DNA from: a virus | Taxonomy: Duplodnaviria; Caudoviricetes | Reading direction: 5' to 3' (one strand) | Virus record (IMG/VR): IMGVR_UViG_3300010218_000100 | Span: 1-37,595 of that record | Length of the DNA stretch: 37,595 nt | Shown: positions 16,982 to 25,293 of the stretch, in pieces | How positions within the stretch are numbered: position 1 is the first letter of the stretch | Layout: each line of letters begins with the position of its first letter | The notes under the pieces: model-generated | The model's input: only the letters and a program-made list of their open reading frames with translations | What the model was told of the DNA's origin: nothing | Database searches by the model: none | Program-made: the position numbers and the translations under genes

Positions 16982-17457
16982 CACGCGTTCTCCTTGCCGT
17001 ACTTGGCGATGTCTTCGGCGCTGTTGCCGAACATCTCGCCGATGGACTTGGTGGCGGCGTTGAGGGCCTTGGGATCGGCGCCCTGCGGCGTCTTGCCGGC
17101 CAGGTTGGAATCGCCGGCCACCTCAGGGGCGACCTGCACGAACGCACGGAAGCGTTCCAGGCCGCCCTCGGTCGCGCACTGCGCCTTGTGGTAGTCGACC
17201 GTCGCCGGGGTGATCTTTCCGGCCTTGAGCGCGGCCTCCACCTCGGTGTCGATCGCTGCCTGCAGCTGCGACTTGGCCTGCTCGGCGAGCTTGTTCTCGG
17301 CGGTCTGCGCGCGGTTGATGGCCGTGTCGTAGTCGGCCCGCGGGACGTACTTGTCTAGCGCCGGCGCCGCGGTGCGCAGCGAATTGATGGCGGTCACCGC
17401 CTGGTCGGGCGTGGCCTGCTCGGGCAAGCCGAGGGCCTTGCGGATGTTTTCATCCAC
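16981..17457 (-). CDS. Putative nested in-frame scaffold protein (Mu gpZ-like)
   Basis: AGGAG 10 nt before an in-frame GTG at 17457, at the protease/scaffold boundary (..LALNRASDQETPP|VDENIRKALGL); Mu I/Z precedent. Confidence 0.5.
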   Translation of the reverse strand: MDENIRKALGLPEQATPDQAVTAINSLRTAAPALDKYVPRADYDTAINRAQTAENKLAEQAKSQLQAAIDTEVEAALKAGKITPATVDYHKAQCATEGGLERFRAFVQVAPEVAGDSNLAGKTPQGADPKALNAATKSIGEMFGNSAEDIAKYGKENA

Positions 17458-17982
17458 GGGGGGAGTCTCCTGGTCGGAGGCGCGATTGAGCGCCAGGGGG
17501 AAGTTGGGATCGTTGACCAGCGCGACGCTGGTCAAGCGGTGGATCTGCCGGGTGTCCGGGTCGAACTTGAACACCGGCGACAGAAAGCGGTACTTGCGGC
17601 CGGCCACGGCCTGGCGCCCGTCGTCATTCCAGGCGATGCGCCCCCATACGGCTCCGTTGCGGGCCTCCAATGCGTCAACCCAGCCTTGCGCCGGGGCTTC
17701 CTCACCCTTGGTGGCCTTCAGCTCGCTCGCGTGGTTGATGTCCACCGCGAGATCGAGGTCGAACTGGTCGGCGACGGCCTGGGCGTCAGGCATCCGCCAC
17801 CAGCGACCGTCGCGCCCCTGCACCAAGCCGTTGGCGCCTGGCGCGGGGATCAGCTCGCGCCATTGCGGCGCGGCAAGGTCGGCGGCCTCGGTGTCGCCCA
17901 GCGCGAAGCAAAGGGCAGCATGCTCGGCTACGTCGAGAGCCGCGCAGAGCGCGGTAGCTAGGGGGGATTGGGCGGCGAACAT
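16981..17982 (-). CDS. Prohead protease/scaffold, Mu gpI family
   Basis: GRDGR.W, D..H, APA.GW, Y..LSPVF and ALVN.P motifs. Confidence 0.93.
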   Translation of the reverse strand: MFAAQSPLATALCAALDVAEHAALCFALGDTEAADLAAPQWRELIPAPGANGLVQGRDGRWWRMPDAQAVADQFDLDLAVDINHASELKATKGEEAPAQGWVDALEARNGAVWGRIAWNDDGRQAVAGRKYRFLSPVFKFDPDTRQIHRLTSVALVNDPNFPLALNRASDQETPPVDENIRKALGLPEQATPDQAVTAINSLRTAAPALDKYVPRADYDTAINRAQTAENKLAEQAKSQLQAAIDTEVEAALKAGKITPATVDYHKAQCATEGGLERFRAFVQVAPEVAGDSNLAGKTPQGADPKALNAATKSIGEMFGNSAEDIAKYGKENA

Positions 17983-17988
17983 GGGGCC

Positions 17989-18033
17989 ATGCTGCCGATC
18001 GCCGGGCGGAGCCGGCAGGCTGAAGCGCTTCAG
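17989..18033 (-). promoter_or_regulatory. Late promoter for the head operon (PI-like) with activator box
   Basis: CTGAAGCGCTTCAGCCTG, 21 nt spacer, CAGCAT -10; 17/18 identical to the box at 26659-26676 with the same spacing. Confidence 0.7.
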
Positions 18034-18110
18034 TCAGACGACTGTGGCTTCGAGCGGGTGGCCAGCATGCCGCCGGGGCGGTCCGCTGGCAAGTCCGGCC
18101 GTGCAGAGGG

Positions 18111-18240
18111 GCGTGAATACCCTGTGAAGGCGTTTAAACGCGTTTGAAAGCGCCGTGAGGGGTGGGGGCCGCTAGACCGGGCCGCGTGAGGGGCCTGCAC
18201 GGGCCTCTGAGGGCCGTTCTGCCGAGGTCGCCTTCTGCGG
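18111..18240. other. Candidate strong gyrase site (SGS)-like element
   Basis: Non-coding, near the genome centre, upstream of gene I; 10-bp phased units cctgtgaagg/cgtttaaacg/cgtttgaaag. Confidence 0.4.
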
Positions 18241-18270
18241 CGTCCACCGCCCGGGGGTATACTCGGTCCC

Positions 18271-18375
18271 GCTGTAGCCGCGAAGACTGGAAAATCGCCG
18301 GGCCAGTGGTTGCTTCCGAGCTTCCATGTGGGGGTGCCAGGTTCGACCTGGAAGGCGTCCCACCACGGCTACAGT
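18271..18375 (+). ncRNA. Candidate cloverleaf-like small RNA, antisense to the MuF 3' end
   Basis: TATACT at 18258-18263, 7 nt upstream; 10-bp closing stem 18271-18280/18366-18375 enclosing three arms, the last capped by CCAGG-TTCGA-CCTGG. Confidence 0.5.
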
Positions 18376-19742
18376 GCATCACCCTCATCCAAGCGCACCA
18401 TGCCGGGCTGTTCCAGATTCGCCCGTGCCACGATCGCGCCGCTGCGGATCGCGTTGATCGCCCCGCCATCCTTTGCAAAGTCGATTCGCACCGCCAGGCG
18501 TCCGTGCTGGCCTTCCTCGCGTAGCCACGGCTCGAACACGTACAGCAACGCCGGCTGCCGCCCGGCGCCGTCCCAGATCACGGCGCGGGGGTTGGCCAGG
18601 TGGCGCACCAGGTTGCGCACATCGGCAACCGACATTGCCTTGTGACCCTTGCGCGCCTCGGCCATCAGGTGGGTGATCTCGCGCTGCTCGATCGTCAGGC
18701 CCGCCGTCGCCGGCGTCACGCCCACCTTGCGCTTGAGCGCATCGACGAGCTGCGGACTCAGCGCGCCGATCGTGCGCCGCCCGCCCGCTCCCTGCAGCTC
18801 GCCGGCCTTGATGGCATCCACCCACTCGCGGAACGCACCCTCCAGGTCGTCCTGGATCACCGGCAGCGTCTGCGCCATCGCTCGTGCACCGGCTGCGGCG
18901 GGGGCGCGGTTGACCGACTGCATGAACTCCTGCGCCACCTGCCGGCGTCGCGCCACCTGGCCGGGGTTGGTATCCCAGCCCGGATCGATGCCATCGGGCA
19001 CGCGCTCGATCTCGCCCGTGCGCTTGTTCACCCACTGGCGGAACTCCAGCCGGGGCGTTTCCAGCTTCACCGGCAGCAGCTGCTGCACACGCCGGCCGGT
19101 CGGCAGGCCGGTGTCCTGGTGCAGCTCGGCCGGCGCCAGCGGGTCCTGGTAGCCGCGATCGCGCAGGCGGCCGTATTCCACCCGGCTGACCTGGCGCACC
19201 CAGCATTTGCAGCCCCAGCCGTTGGGCGGCAGGGCGTAGCGCCAGAACTCATCCTCGATTGGCAGCATCGTGCCCGCCCAGGCGACGTGCTGCGGGCGAT
19301 GGCGGGCGCTGGGGCCGAGCAGGTAGATCAGGTAGGGGTGCGTGCGCGCCGTGCGCTGGATGCGCTCCCACTGGCCTGCCGACCGCGCGGTGCGCAGGTT
19401 GGCGTTGTAGATCGTCCGAAGGCGCCGCGGGGAGCCCAGCTGGACCTGTCCCACCTGGCCGGTCAACGGGTCCACCGCCTGCTGCGCGCCCCACCAGCCG
19501 CGCTTCTGCAGCTCGGGCGTCACCTGCTTGGCCCATTCGCGCAGCGTGGTGCCGTTCTTGAGCGCCCCGGCCAGCGAGTCGCGCATGTCGCTCAGCATGT
19601 CCAGCTGGGTCATCTTGGCGACCGTAAACGCGCCGGCGTGCTCCTCGCGCCACACGTCGCGGTAGTCGAAGCCCACCTTGAGCTTCTTGCCCTGCAGGTA
19701 ATCCAGCGCCTCCTGCGGCACCGGCCCGGCGGTGAAGTCCAT
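18369..19742 (-). CDS. MuF (gp30) minor head protein with C-terminal extension (candidate BECR-type nuclease)
   Basis: AFTVAK, RL.TIY..N, R..H..W.G and PPNGWGCKC MuF motifs; G.DPGW..NPG linker; ~150-aa extra domain with ITHL...R and NP..VIWD....LLYV. Confidence 0.88.
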   Translation of the reverse strand: MDFTAGPVPQEALDYLQGKKLKVGFDYRDVWREEHAGAFTVAKMTQLDMLSDMRDSLAGALKNGTTLREWAKQVTPELQKRGWWGAQQAVDPLTGQVGQVQLGSPRRLRTIYNANLRTARSAGQWERIQRTARTHPYLIYLLGPSARHRPQHVAWAGTMLPIEDEFWRYALPPNGWGCKCWVRQVSRVEYGRLRDRGYQDPLAPAELHQDTGLPTGRRVQQLLPVKLETPRLEFRQWVNKRTGEIERVPDGIDPGWDTNPGQVARRRQVAQEFMQSVNRAPAAAGARAMAQTLPVIQDDLEGAFREWVDAIKAGELQGAGGRRTIGALSPQLVDALKRKVGVTPATAGLTIEQREITHLMAEARKGHKAMSVADVRNLVRHLANPRAVIWDGAGRQPALLYVFEPWLREEGQHGRLAVRIDFAKDGGAINAIRSGAIVARANLEQPGMVRLDEGDAL

Positions 19743-19744
19743 GC

Positions 19745-21331
19745 TCAGCCCGCCGGGTCGTCGGTGGCGTCACCCAGGGCGCGGGCCTTGAACGCCTGCG
19801 TGGCGAGGGAGCGCACCAGCTCGGCCGGGTCTTCGGTTCGCATCAGCTCGCCCAGGCCCGCGAGGAACTCGGCCTCGTTCTCCGATTGCAGCGCCAGTGC
19901 GCGGATCGGATCGACCAGCGGATCGACCAGCGGCATCCAGTCACCCAGCGGCCCGGACGCCAGCTCGTCGATCGCGTCGTCGCCGGCCGGGTCTTCGCTG
20001 CCGGCCAGGTTGCGCGCCCGCCGCTGCGGCGCGGCGGGCGGTGCGGCGGCCGGCGCCGCCGGTGACGCGGCGGGCGGCGTGAGTACTTCCTCGTCCTTGC
20101 CTGGATCGGGAATGCCGAGCTTGTCCCGCACGACCGACTGACCGACGCGCAAGCCCAAGGGCACCAGCTTGGCCAGTGCCTCGGACAACGCGCTCAGATC
20201 CTCCGGCTCGATTACTTCCAGGCCGATCCGCGGGTAGCGCTTCTGCGGGCCGTAGTTGAGGTCGATGTACGGGCGCACCAGGTCGCGGTTGAGCGTGTTG
20301 CCCAGCTGGCGCGCGTCGGAGGTCTGGATATCGCCGCGCACGTCGTTGTGCACGTTCGCGGTATTGGAGCCGAGGCCCGTGGGCTGTGCGTCGGTGGTCG
20401 CGGTCTGCCCCAGCACCGCCTTGCTCACTTGGCGATCGAGCCAGTCGGCCAGGCCCATGAAGACCTTGTCGCCGCCGTCGCTGGTGCGCGCCAGCTGCTC
20501 GAACTGGATCTCCATCGACTTAGGGAGGATGGCCGCCGCGTCGGTGCCGATGTTGGCGACCGCCGTGATCAGGGTGTTGATGTCCGACTGCGTCGCGCCG
20601 GGCGAATAGCGGCCGATGCGCAGCGGCATGCCGAACACCTCGGCAAACGCCATCCAGTCGGTGAGCGTGAAGCTCTTGCACATGTAGGCTGCCGCCGCGA
20701 TGCGCGCCAGGCCGCCGCGGATCGACAGGCCCGACTTCAGCCGCGGGCGATGCACGATGAACTTAAACGCCGGCAGCGGCGTGCCCATGATGTGCTGGTC
20801 ATCCAGCAGCATCAGCTGCGTCTGCGTTTCGTAGTCGAAGCGGAAGAATCGCGGGTCGCGCCACTCATACCGGGCCGGTTGCCAGGTCTTGCCGCTGCGG
20901 TCCCACACGATCTCCACCGCGCTGTAGCCCTTGCCCAGCGCATCCAGGCAGTCGTCGGCCAGGTCGCCGAACTCCGGCGCACGCACCAGCTCGCGCACGG
21001 CATCGGCCAGCTTCACGTCCTGGGCGTCGTCCGACGCCGACTCCACCGTCACCGGCAGGCCGGACACCGCGCGCTTGCGGGTGCCGAGGACGCTGGTGTA
21101 GTGCCAGTCGCGCTCTTCCATTTCCTCGGCCAGCGTCAGGTACTCGCGCGCGTCGTTCTCGGTCGCGTCGATCAGGATCTGCGCGAGGCGCGTTGGGCTC
21201 AGGCCACCGGCGACCGGGGCGAATCCCCACGTCGAGCGGATGCCGGTGGTGGTCGGGCGGGCGATCTCCTCCTGGAGCGTGCCCAACTCGATCGGTTGGC
21301 CATCAGGGCCAAGGATGCGCGAAAGCGCCAT
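19745..21331 (-). CDS. Portal protein, Mu gp29 (DUF935)
   Basis: EMEERD.H...L..RK, DALGKG.S..EI.W, F.E.FGMP.R.G.Y and SKAVLGQT motifs. Confidence 0.95.
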   Translation of the reverse strand: MALSRILGPDGQPIELGTLQEEIARPTTTGIRSTWGFAPVAGGLSPTRLAQILIDATENDAREYLTLAEEMEERDWHYTSVLGTRKRAVSGLPVTVESASDDAQDVKLADAVRELVRAPEFGDLADDCLDALGKGYSAVEIVWDRSGKTWQPARYEWRDPRFFRFDYETQTQLMLLDDQHIMGTPLPAFKFIVHRPRLKSGLSIRGGLARIAAAAYMCKSFTLTDWMAFAEVFGMPLRIGRYSPGATQSDINTLITAVANIGTDAAAILPKSMEIQFEQLARTSDGGDKVFMGLADWLDRQVSKAVLGQTATTDAQPTGLGSNTANVHNDVRGDIQTSDARQLGNTLNRDLVRPYIDLNYGPQKRYPRIGLEVIEPEDLSALSEALAKLVPLGLRVGQSVVRDKLGIPDPGKDEEVLTPPAASPAAPAAAPPAAPQRRARNLAGSEDPAGDDAIDELASGPLGDWMPLVDPLVDPIRALALQSENEAEFLAGLGELMRTEDPAELVRSLATQAFKARALGDATDDPAG

Positions 21332-22935
21332 TAGAGAACCCTCTTAGACGTCTTGAAGCCGGCGGTGATCGACACCGGCCGGTCGATCCGATCGGCATCG
21401 CGGCCGGCGCGGGTGGGCACCGCCTGGTAGGCGAAGATCTCCACCTCTTGGCGGCTGGCGTAGTGCATGAGCGCGATCGAGATCGCGGCGTCGCCGTGGC
21501 GCTGGCCACCGTCTTTGCCGGTCGATCGCTGGTCCGGCACGCGCGCCACGCCGTGGATCAGCTTGACCATGCGCAGGTCGGTGGCCACGTCCTTGTCGCG
21601 CGGCACCAGGATGGTGCCGTCCTCGAACGCGGCCTTGAGCGGCGGCATCTGCTCGCGATACCAGGTCTCGGAGAACTTGATCAGCTCGACGCGGTGGTAG
21701 CCGTAGCGCTGGGCGAGGAACTCAGCCACGGCACTGCCGTTGCCGCCGGCGTCGACCGCGGCCTTGATGAAGTTGGGCAGGCGATCGCAGATGAAGTTGA
21801 GGATCTGCTCCTGCTGGCGGTGCGGCATGTTCCGCAGCTCCAGCATGAAGGGAATGCGGCGGGTGAGGTCCTGCTCGATCTGCGCCGGCGTGATTACCGT
21901 GAGGTCACCGCTGCGCGCGAAGTCCTCGCCAAGCACGCTCTGCAGGCGCGGGTCGAGCCCGGCCAGCAGGGGCGCCACCTCGAAGTCCAGCCATTGCTGG
22001 ATGACCTGGTACCGGGCGACGTCAGGCTCCTTCTCGAAGCCCGCCGGGCAGGTGTAGCGCAGCACCGGCGCCACGTGCATGCGCGCCTCGACCAGTACGC
22101 CCGAAAGCCAGGCGCCCGAGCCCTGAGCGGGGACCACGTCCAGCTCTTCGCTTGCCGCATCGCCATACGTCTTGCGGATGGTCTCCTTCCACGTTTTCTC
22201 CGCCGCCTGCGACCATTCCTTGCCCTGGCGAAGGCAGACGCGCTGGTAGAGGCCCTCGGCGCAGGCTTCCTCGAACGAGATACGGTGCACGCGGCCGTTG
22301 CGCTTGCCGGCGCGGATGTCTTCGACCAGCTGGTTGAACGGGTTGTCGACGCCGTCGTGGGTGCTGATGATCCGCACCTTGCCGCCCCACATCAGCAGCG
22401 CGATGGCGGCCTTGAGCAGCTCGTCCAGCTGGCCGTGGAACGCGGCCTCGTCGATCACCACGACGCCCTGCTTGCCTCGCAGGTTCGCCGGGCGGCTGGA
22501 CAGTGCCACGATGCGGAAGCCCGAGGCGAAGCGGATGGTGTAAGTCTTGATCGCCCGGTCGGCGTTGCCCTCGTCGAACAGGTCCTCGCCCTCCTCGATC
22601 GCCTCGGCGGCCTGCCCGAAGATCCGCGCCCACATGGCGCAGGCCTCGATGTACTCGATGGCCATGTCCATGTTGTAGCCGATGTAATAGACGTTCATGC
22701 CGCCGGCGTCGCGGGCGCGACCAGCGATCAACACGTCGTCTCCGGCCTCCGCCCAGGTCAGGCCCGTGCGGCGGCTCTTCTCGGCGACCTTGAGGTCGCT
22801 TTGATCGGCCACCCAGCGCGCCTGGTAGGGCAGGAAAGCCGCCGGCACATCGCTGCCCGTGGTGCTGGGAAGGTCGGCGCGCAGCTGCTCGTGCAGGGCG
22901 CTTGTGATTGGGCGCTGGGCGAGTACTTCACTCAT
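21331..22935 (-). CDS. Terminase large subunit, Mu gp28-like
   Basis: LPYQ..W, EKSRRTGLTW, LRG.QG...IDEAAF, G.DFAR..D and HGD motifs. Confidence 0.96.
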   Translation of the reverse strand: MSEVLAQRPITSALHEQLRADLPSTTGSDVPAAFLPYQARWVADQSDLKVAEKSRRTGLTWAEAGDDVLIAGRARDAGGMNVYYIGYNMDMAIEYIEACAMWARIFGQAAEAIEEGEDLFDEGNADRAIKTYTIRFASGFRIVALSSRPANLRGKQGVVVIDEAAFHGQLDELLKAAIALLMWGGKVRIISTHDGVDNPFNQLVEDIRAGKRNGRVHRISFEEACAEGLYQRVCLRQGKEWSQAAEKTWKETIRKTYGDAASEELDVVPAQGSGAWLSGVLVEARMHVAPVLRYTCPAGFEKEPDVARYQVIQQWLDFEVAPLLAGLDPRLQSVLGEDFARSGDLTVITPAQIEQDLTRRIPFMLELRNMPHRQQEQILNFICDRLPNFIKAAVDAGGNGSAVAEFLAQRYGYHRVELIKFSETWYREQMPPLKAAFEDGTILVPRDKDVATDLRMVKLIHGVARVPDQRSTGKDGGQRHGDAAISIALMHYASRQEVEIFAYQAVPTRAGRDADRIDRPVSITAGFKTSKRVL

Positions 22936-23486
22936 GCGGGGATGCCGAGGATCTGCTTGCGGATGGTCTCGGCGGTCGCGGCGGTCATGCCGCCGGCCTT
23001 CACCACGCTCTTGAGCGCCTCGGCCTGCTCGGCCTGCAGCTGCTCGCGGGCGATCTTCGCGATCTCCTGCCGCTCCGACATGCTCATCTTGCGGGCCTGC
23101 AGCACCGCGCGGGCGCCGCGGGCCAACTCGCCCACCTCCTTGATGGAGACCTTTTTATCGGCATCGGTCGCGGTCAGCGCTGCATGCGTGGCAAGCGTGG
23201 TCACCGCCTGCACCAGGAGCTGCCCGCCGCGATCGTTGGGGTCCTCGCCCAGCTCGGTCACCAGTGCGGTGCCCGCCGCCTGGATGTCGCGCATCCGGCC
23301 GGCCAGCTCGGTCACCTGCTGGCTGTAGCGGCCCAGCGCGCTGCGGCTGGGCGCCTGCCCCTCGGGGAAGCGATCGCGCACCTTGGTGAGGATCTCGTCC
23401 AGGGTGTAGCGGTCCTCGCGCAGCAGCTTCTCCAGGAAGCGGCGCTGCTCGGCCGGTAGACGCTTGATGCTCGACTGGCGCGGCAT
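22932..23486 (-). CDS. Terminase small subunit, Mu gp27 (DUF3486)
   Basis: R.SSI..LP and SRSALGRY motifs; ends I...ILGI. Confidence 0.9.
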   Translation of the reverse strand: MPRQSSIKRLPAEQRRFLEKLLREDRYTLDEILTKVRDRFPEGQAPSRSALGRYSQQVTELAGRMRDIQAAGTALVTELGEDPNDRGGQLLVQAVTTLATHAALTATDADKKVSIKEVGELARGARAVLQARKMSMSERQEIAKIAREQLQAEQAEALKSVVKAGGMTAATAETIRKQILGIPA

Positions 23487-23489
23487 GGC

Positions 23490-23795
23490 TTACTTCGGGC
23501 TCGGGTGGCTGATGCCGGGCACGCGGGCGTGCCCCTCGGCCACGTCGCCGCCGCGGCTGGTTAGCGTGCACAGGTACAGGCCGGAGACCTCGGGCACCGT
23601 CTCCAGCACCACCATGCCCTGGTCCTTGAGCCAGTGCGCATCGGTCAGCACGTCATCGCGCGTGGCGACCACGCCCAGGTGGTGCAGGCCGGCGTGCAGG
23701 TTCGAGGTGTTGAGCCGGAAGCCCGGCTGTTCGGACAGGATGCGCAGGATCACCAGGCGGCGATCCTCGCGCAGGCGTTCGGCAAAGCTCTTCAT
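23490..23795 (-). CDS. Mu gp26-like winged-helix protein
   Basis: EDRRL.ILR.L, WL..QG.V, LT.RG.DVA.G...PGI..P motifs; start re-picked at 23795. Confidence 0.85.
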   Translation of the reverse strand: MKSFAERLREDRRLVILRILSEQPGFRLNTSNLHAGLHHLGVVATRDDVLTDAHWLKDQGMVVLETVPEVSGLYLCTLTSRGGDVAEGHARVPGISHPSPK

Positions 23796-24085
23796 CGGTC
23801 GTTCTCCAGCAGATGCTCCTGGATGGTTCGCAGCATTCCGGCGATCGCCGTGGTTTGGCCGCCGATCTCTGCGACCTTCTCCTGCACATCGGTCACGCCG
23901 GTGCGCAGCTCGGTGAGGTCGCGGTGGGTGGGCAGGACGTCGACGCGCGCCTCCAGCTTCGTGAGGCGTTGATCGAGCGACCGGGCATCGGTGGATTGGC
24001 CGCTGACGCGCAGCCCGACCACCAGGAGGCCGATCAGGTTGACCACCAGCAGGGCGATGATCACGGCGCCGATCGCTTCGATCAT
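23792..24085 (-). CDS. Mu gp25 (DUF2730)-like membrane protein
   Basis: N-terminal TM helix; RL..LE.....LP...D motif; ends LLE. Confidence 0.8.
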   Translation of the reverse strand: MIEAIGAVIIALLVVNLIGLLVVGLRVSGQSTDARSLDQRLTKLEARVDVLPTHRDLTELRTGVTDVQEKVAEIGGQTTAIAGMLRTIQEHLLENDR

Positions 24086-24321
24086 CGCTGGCCTCCGTGT
24101 ACCTGGTGCTCATGCTTCTGCGCGCAGACCGCGCAACGGCTGGTCTTGCCGGCGAGCACCTGCAGGCGCTTGGCCTCGATCGCCTTGTTGCAGTCGATGC
24201 AGAAGCCCTCCACGCCATCGGCTCGCGGCCGAAAGCTCTCCGCGATCCGCTCCCGCGTTCGCTCCAGCGCCTGGTCTCGCTCGAACTGTTCGAGCTCCTG
24301 CAGGCGATCCATCTCATCCAT
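24082..24321 (-). CDS. TraR/DksA C4-type zinc finger protein
   Basis: MD.MD..QE.E N-terminus; C..C...I...RL.......RC..C. Confidence 0.88.
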   Translation of the reverse strand: MDEMDRLQELEQFERDQALERTRERIAESFRPRADGVEGFCIDCNKAIEAKRLQVLAGKTSRCAVCAQKHEHQVHGGQR

Positions 24322-24339
24322 CAGGTCAGCGCTCCTGGA

Positions 24340-24603
24340 TCAGCCGCGCTTCATGCGCGTGGCTCGGCGACGCTGGCGCGCCGGCTTGGCATGGCGGCAA
24401 GCCTTGCCGTGGTGCTTCTGCGCCTGACCCTTCTTGCCGGGCAGCGCGGCGCCCATGCGGGCGAGCGCGCGGCGTGGCGTCTTAGCTCGGCGAGTGACGC
24501 CCTGGTCCCACGCCGGCTTGTTGACGATGTTCACGGTCGGCTGAGCCATGAAGCCAAGGCCGGCGAGGAGGCCAACCGCCAAGGCAAGAGAACGTCGGTA
24601 CAT
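24340..24603 (-). CDS. Small basic protein with N-terminal hydrophobic segment
   Basis: AGGAG RBS before ATG 24603; fills the gap after the o-spanin; Arg/Lys-rich tail. Confidence 0.55.
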   Translation of the reverse strand: MYRRSLALAVGLLAGLGFMAQPTVNIVNKPAWDQGVTRRAKTPRRALARMGAALPGKKGQAQKHHGKACRHAKPARQRRRATRMKRG

Positions 24604-24605
24604 GG

Positions 24606-24956
24606 CTACTCCTGGAGAGCCGGCACGGCCGGCGGTTGGGGTTGAGGTCCGGCGCTCACCTTGGCGGCGGTAGCTCGGTCGACGTTCGCGGCACGCAACT
24701 TGCCGCGCCATTGCTCGATCCACACCAGTGCATCGAGCGCGCACCAGGCGGGCTTGCCCTTGAAGGCGCAGTTCTGCGGTGGCGGTGCGGGTTCGGCGAT
24801 CGGGGTGGTCAGGGTGCGATCCAACGGCCGGTAGGCCGGGACCGGCACCTCAACCACCGCCGCCGGCCGGGTAGGCCGGTGCAATGCCGAACAGCTTGTC
24901 AGCCACGGCAGGACACACAGGCAACCGAGCCAGATCGGCACAGTCAGGGATTTCAC
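24606..24956 (-). CDS. o-spanin (Rz1-like) lipoprotein
   Basis: Lipobox LTSC, Pro-rich, ends ..L..AN.D.A; overlaps the i-spanin 3' end by 107 nt. Confidence 0.78.
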   Translation of the reverse strand: MKSLTVPIWLGCLCVLPWLTSCSALHRPTRPAAVVEVPVPAYRPLDRTLTTPIAEPAPPPQNCAFKGKPAWCALDALVWIEQWRGKLRAANVDRATAAKVSAGPQPQPPAVPALQE

Positions 24957-25293
24957 GGGCGGCTTTCCTCAGCGCGGTTTCCCGCTGGGTGGTGAGCTTG
25001 TCGAGCTGCGCCTGCGTCGCGTCGCGAGCGTCCAGCGCGGCCTGGGCGATGAAGCGGGCGACCTGCAGGTCGCGCTTCTGTGCGTCGAGCTTCGCCTGTA
25101 CCTCGGCGAGCGCCTGGCGCGCGGCCCTGGCGTCATCGGCTGAGGTGTTGACCTTGCTCTCGGCCTGCGTGATGCGATCGCGGTCGGTGTCAGCCTGGTG
25201 CTGCGAGCCCCGGCTATAGCCGACGAGCAGAAGCGCGGCAGCGAAAAGCAGGATCACGAGGATCTCTTCGCCCCACTTGGTCAGCCATTTCAT
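24850..25293 (-). CDS. i-spanin (Rz-like)
   Basis: N-terminal TM helix, coiled coil, C-terminal Cys pair; directly after the endolysin (ATGA overlap). Confidence 0.78.
   Translation of the reverse strand: MKWLTKWGEEILVILLFAAALLLVGYSRGSQHQADTDRDRITQAESKVNTSADDARAARQALAEVQAKLDAQKRDLQVARFIAQAALDARDATQAQLDKLTTQRETALRKAAREIPDCADLARLPVCPAVADKLFGIAPAYPAGGGG

Noticed and set aside
18061-18090. GCCAGC/GCTGGC hairpin upstream of the head promoter
   Set aside because: Short, interrupted and GC-rich with no U-tract; plausible by chance.
18271-18375. Canonical tRNA gene
   Set aside because: It has GGTTCGA, but the closing stem, arm lengths and anticodon arm do not fit tRNA geometry; kept only as a tRNA-like candidate.
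18134-18524. Small ORFs between MuF and protease as an immunity or anti-CRISPR locus
   Set aside because: They overlap MuF or the structured element, have poor starts and low-complexity Arg/Pro/Ala composition, and there is no Aca-like HTH gene.
18600-23328. Long + strand ORFs (e.g. 18600-20141, 21193-23328; also 12072-13739 and 7882-9207)
   Set aside because: Antisense shadows of real - strand genes, expected at high GC with codon bias; no motifs or RBS.
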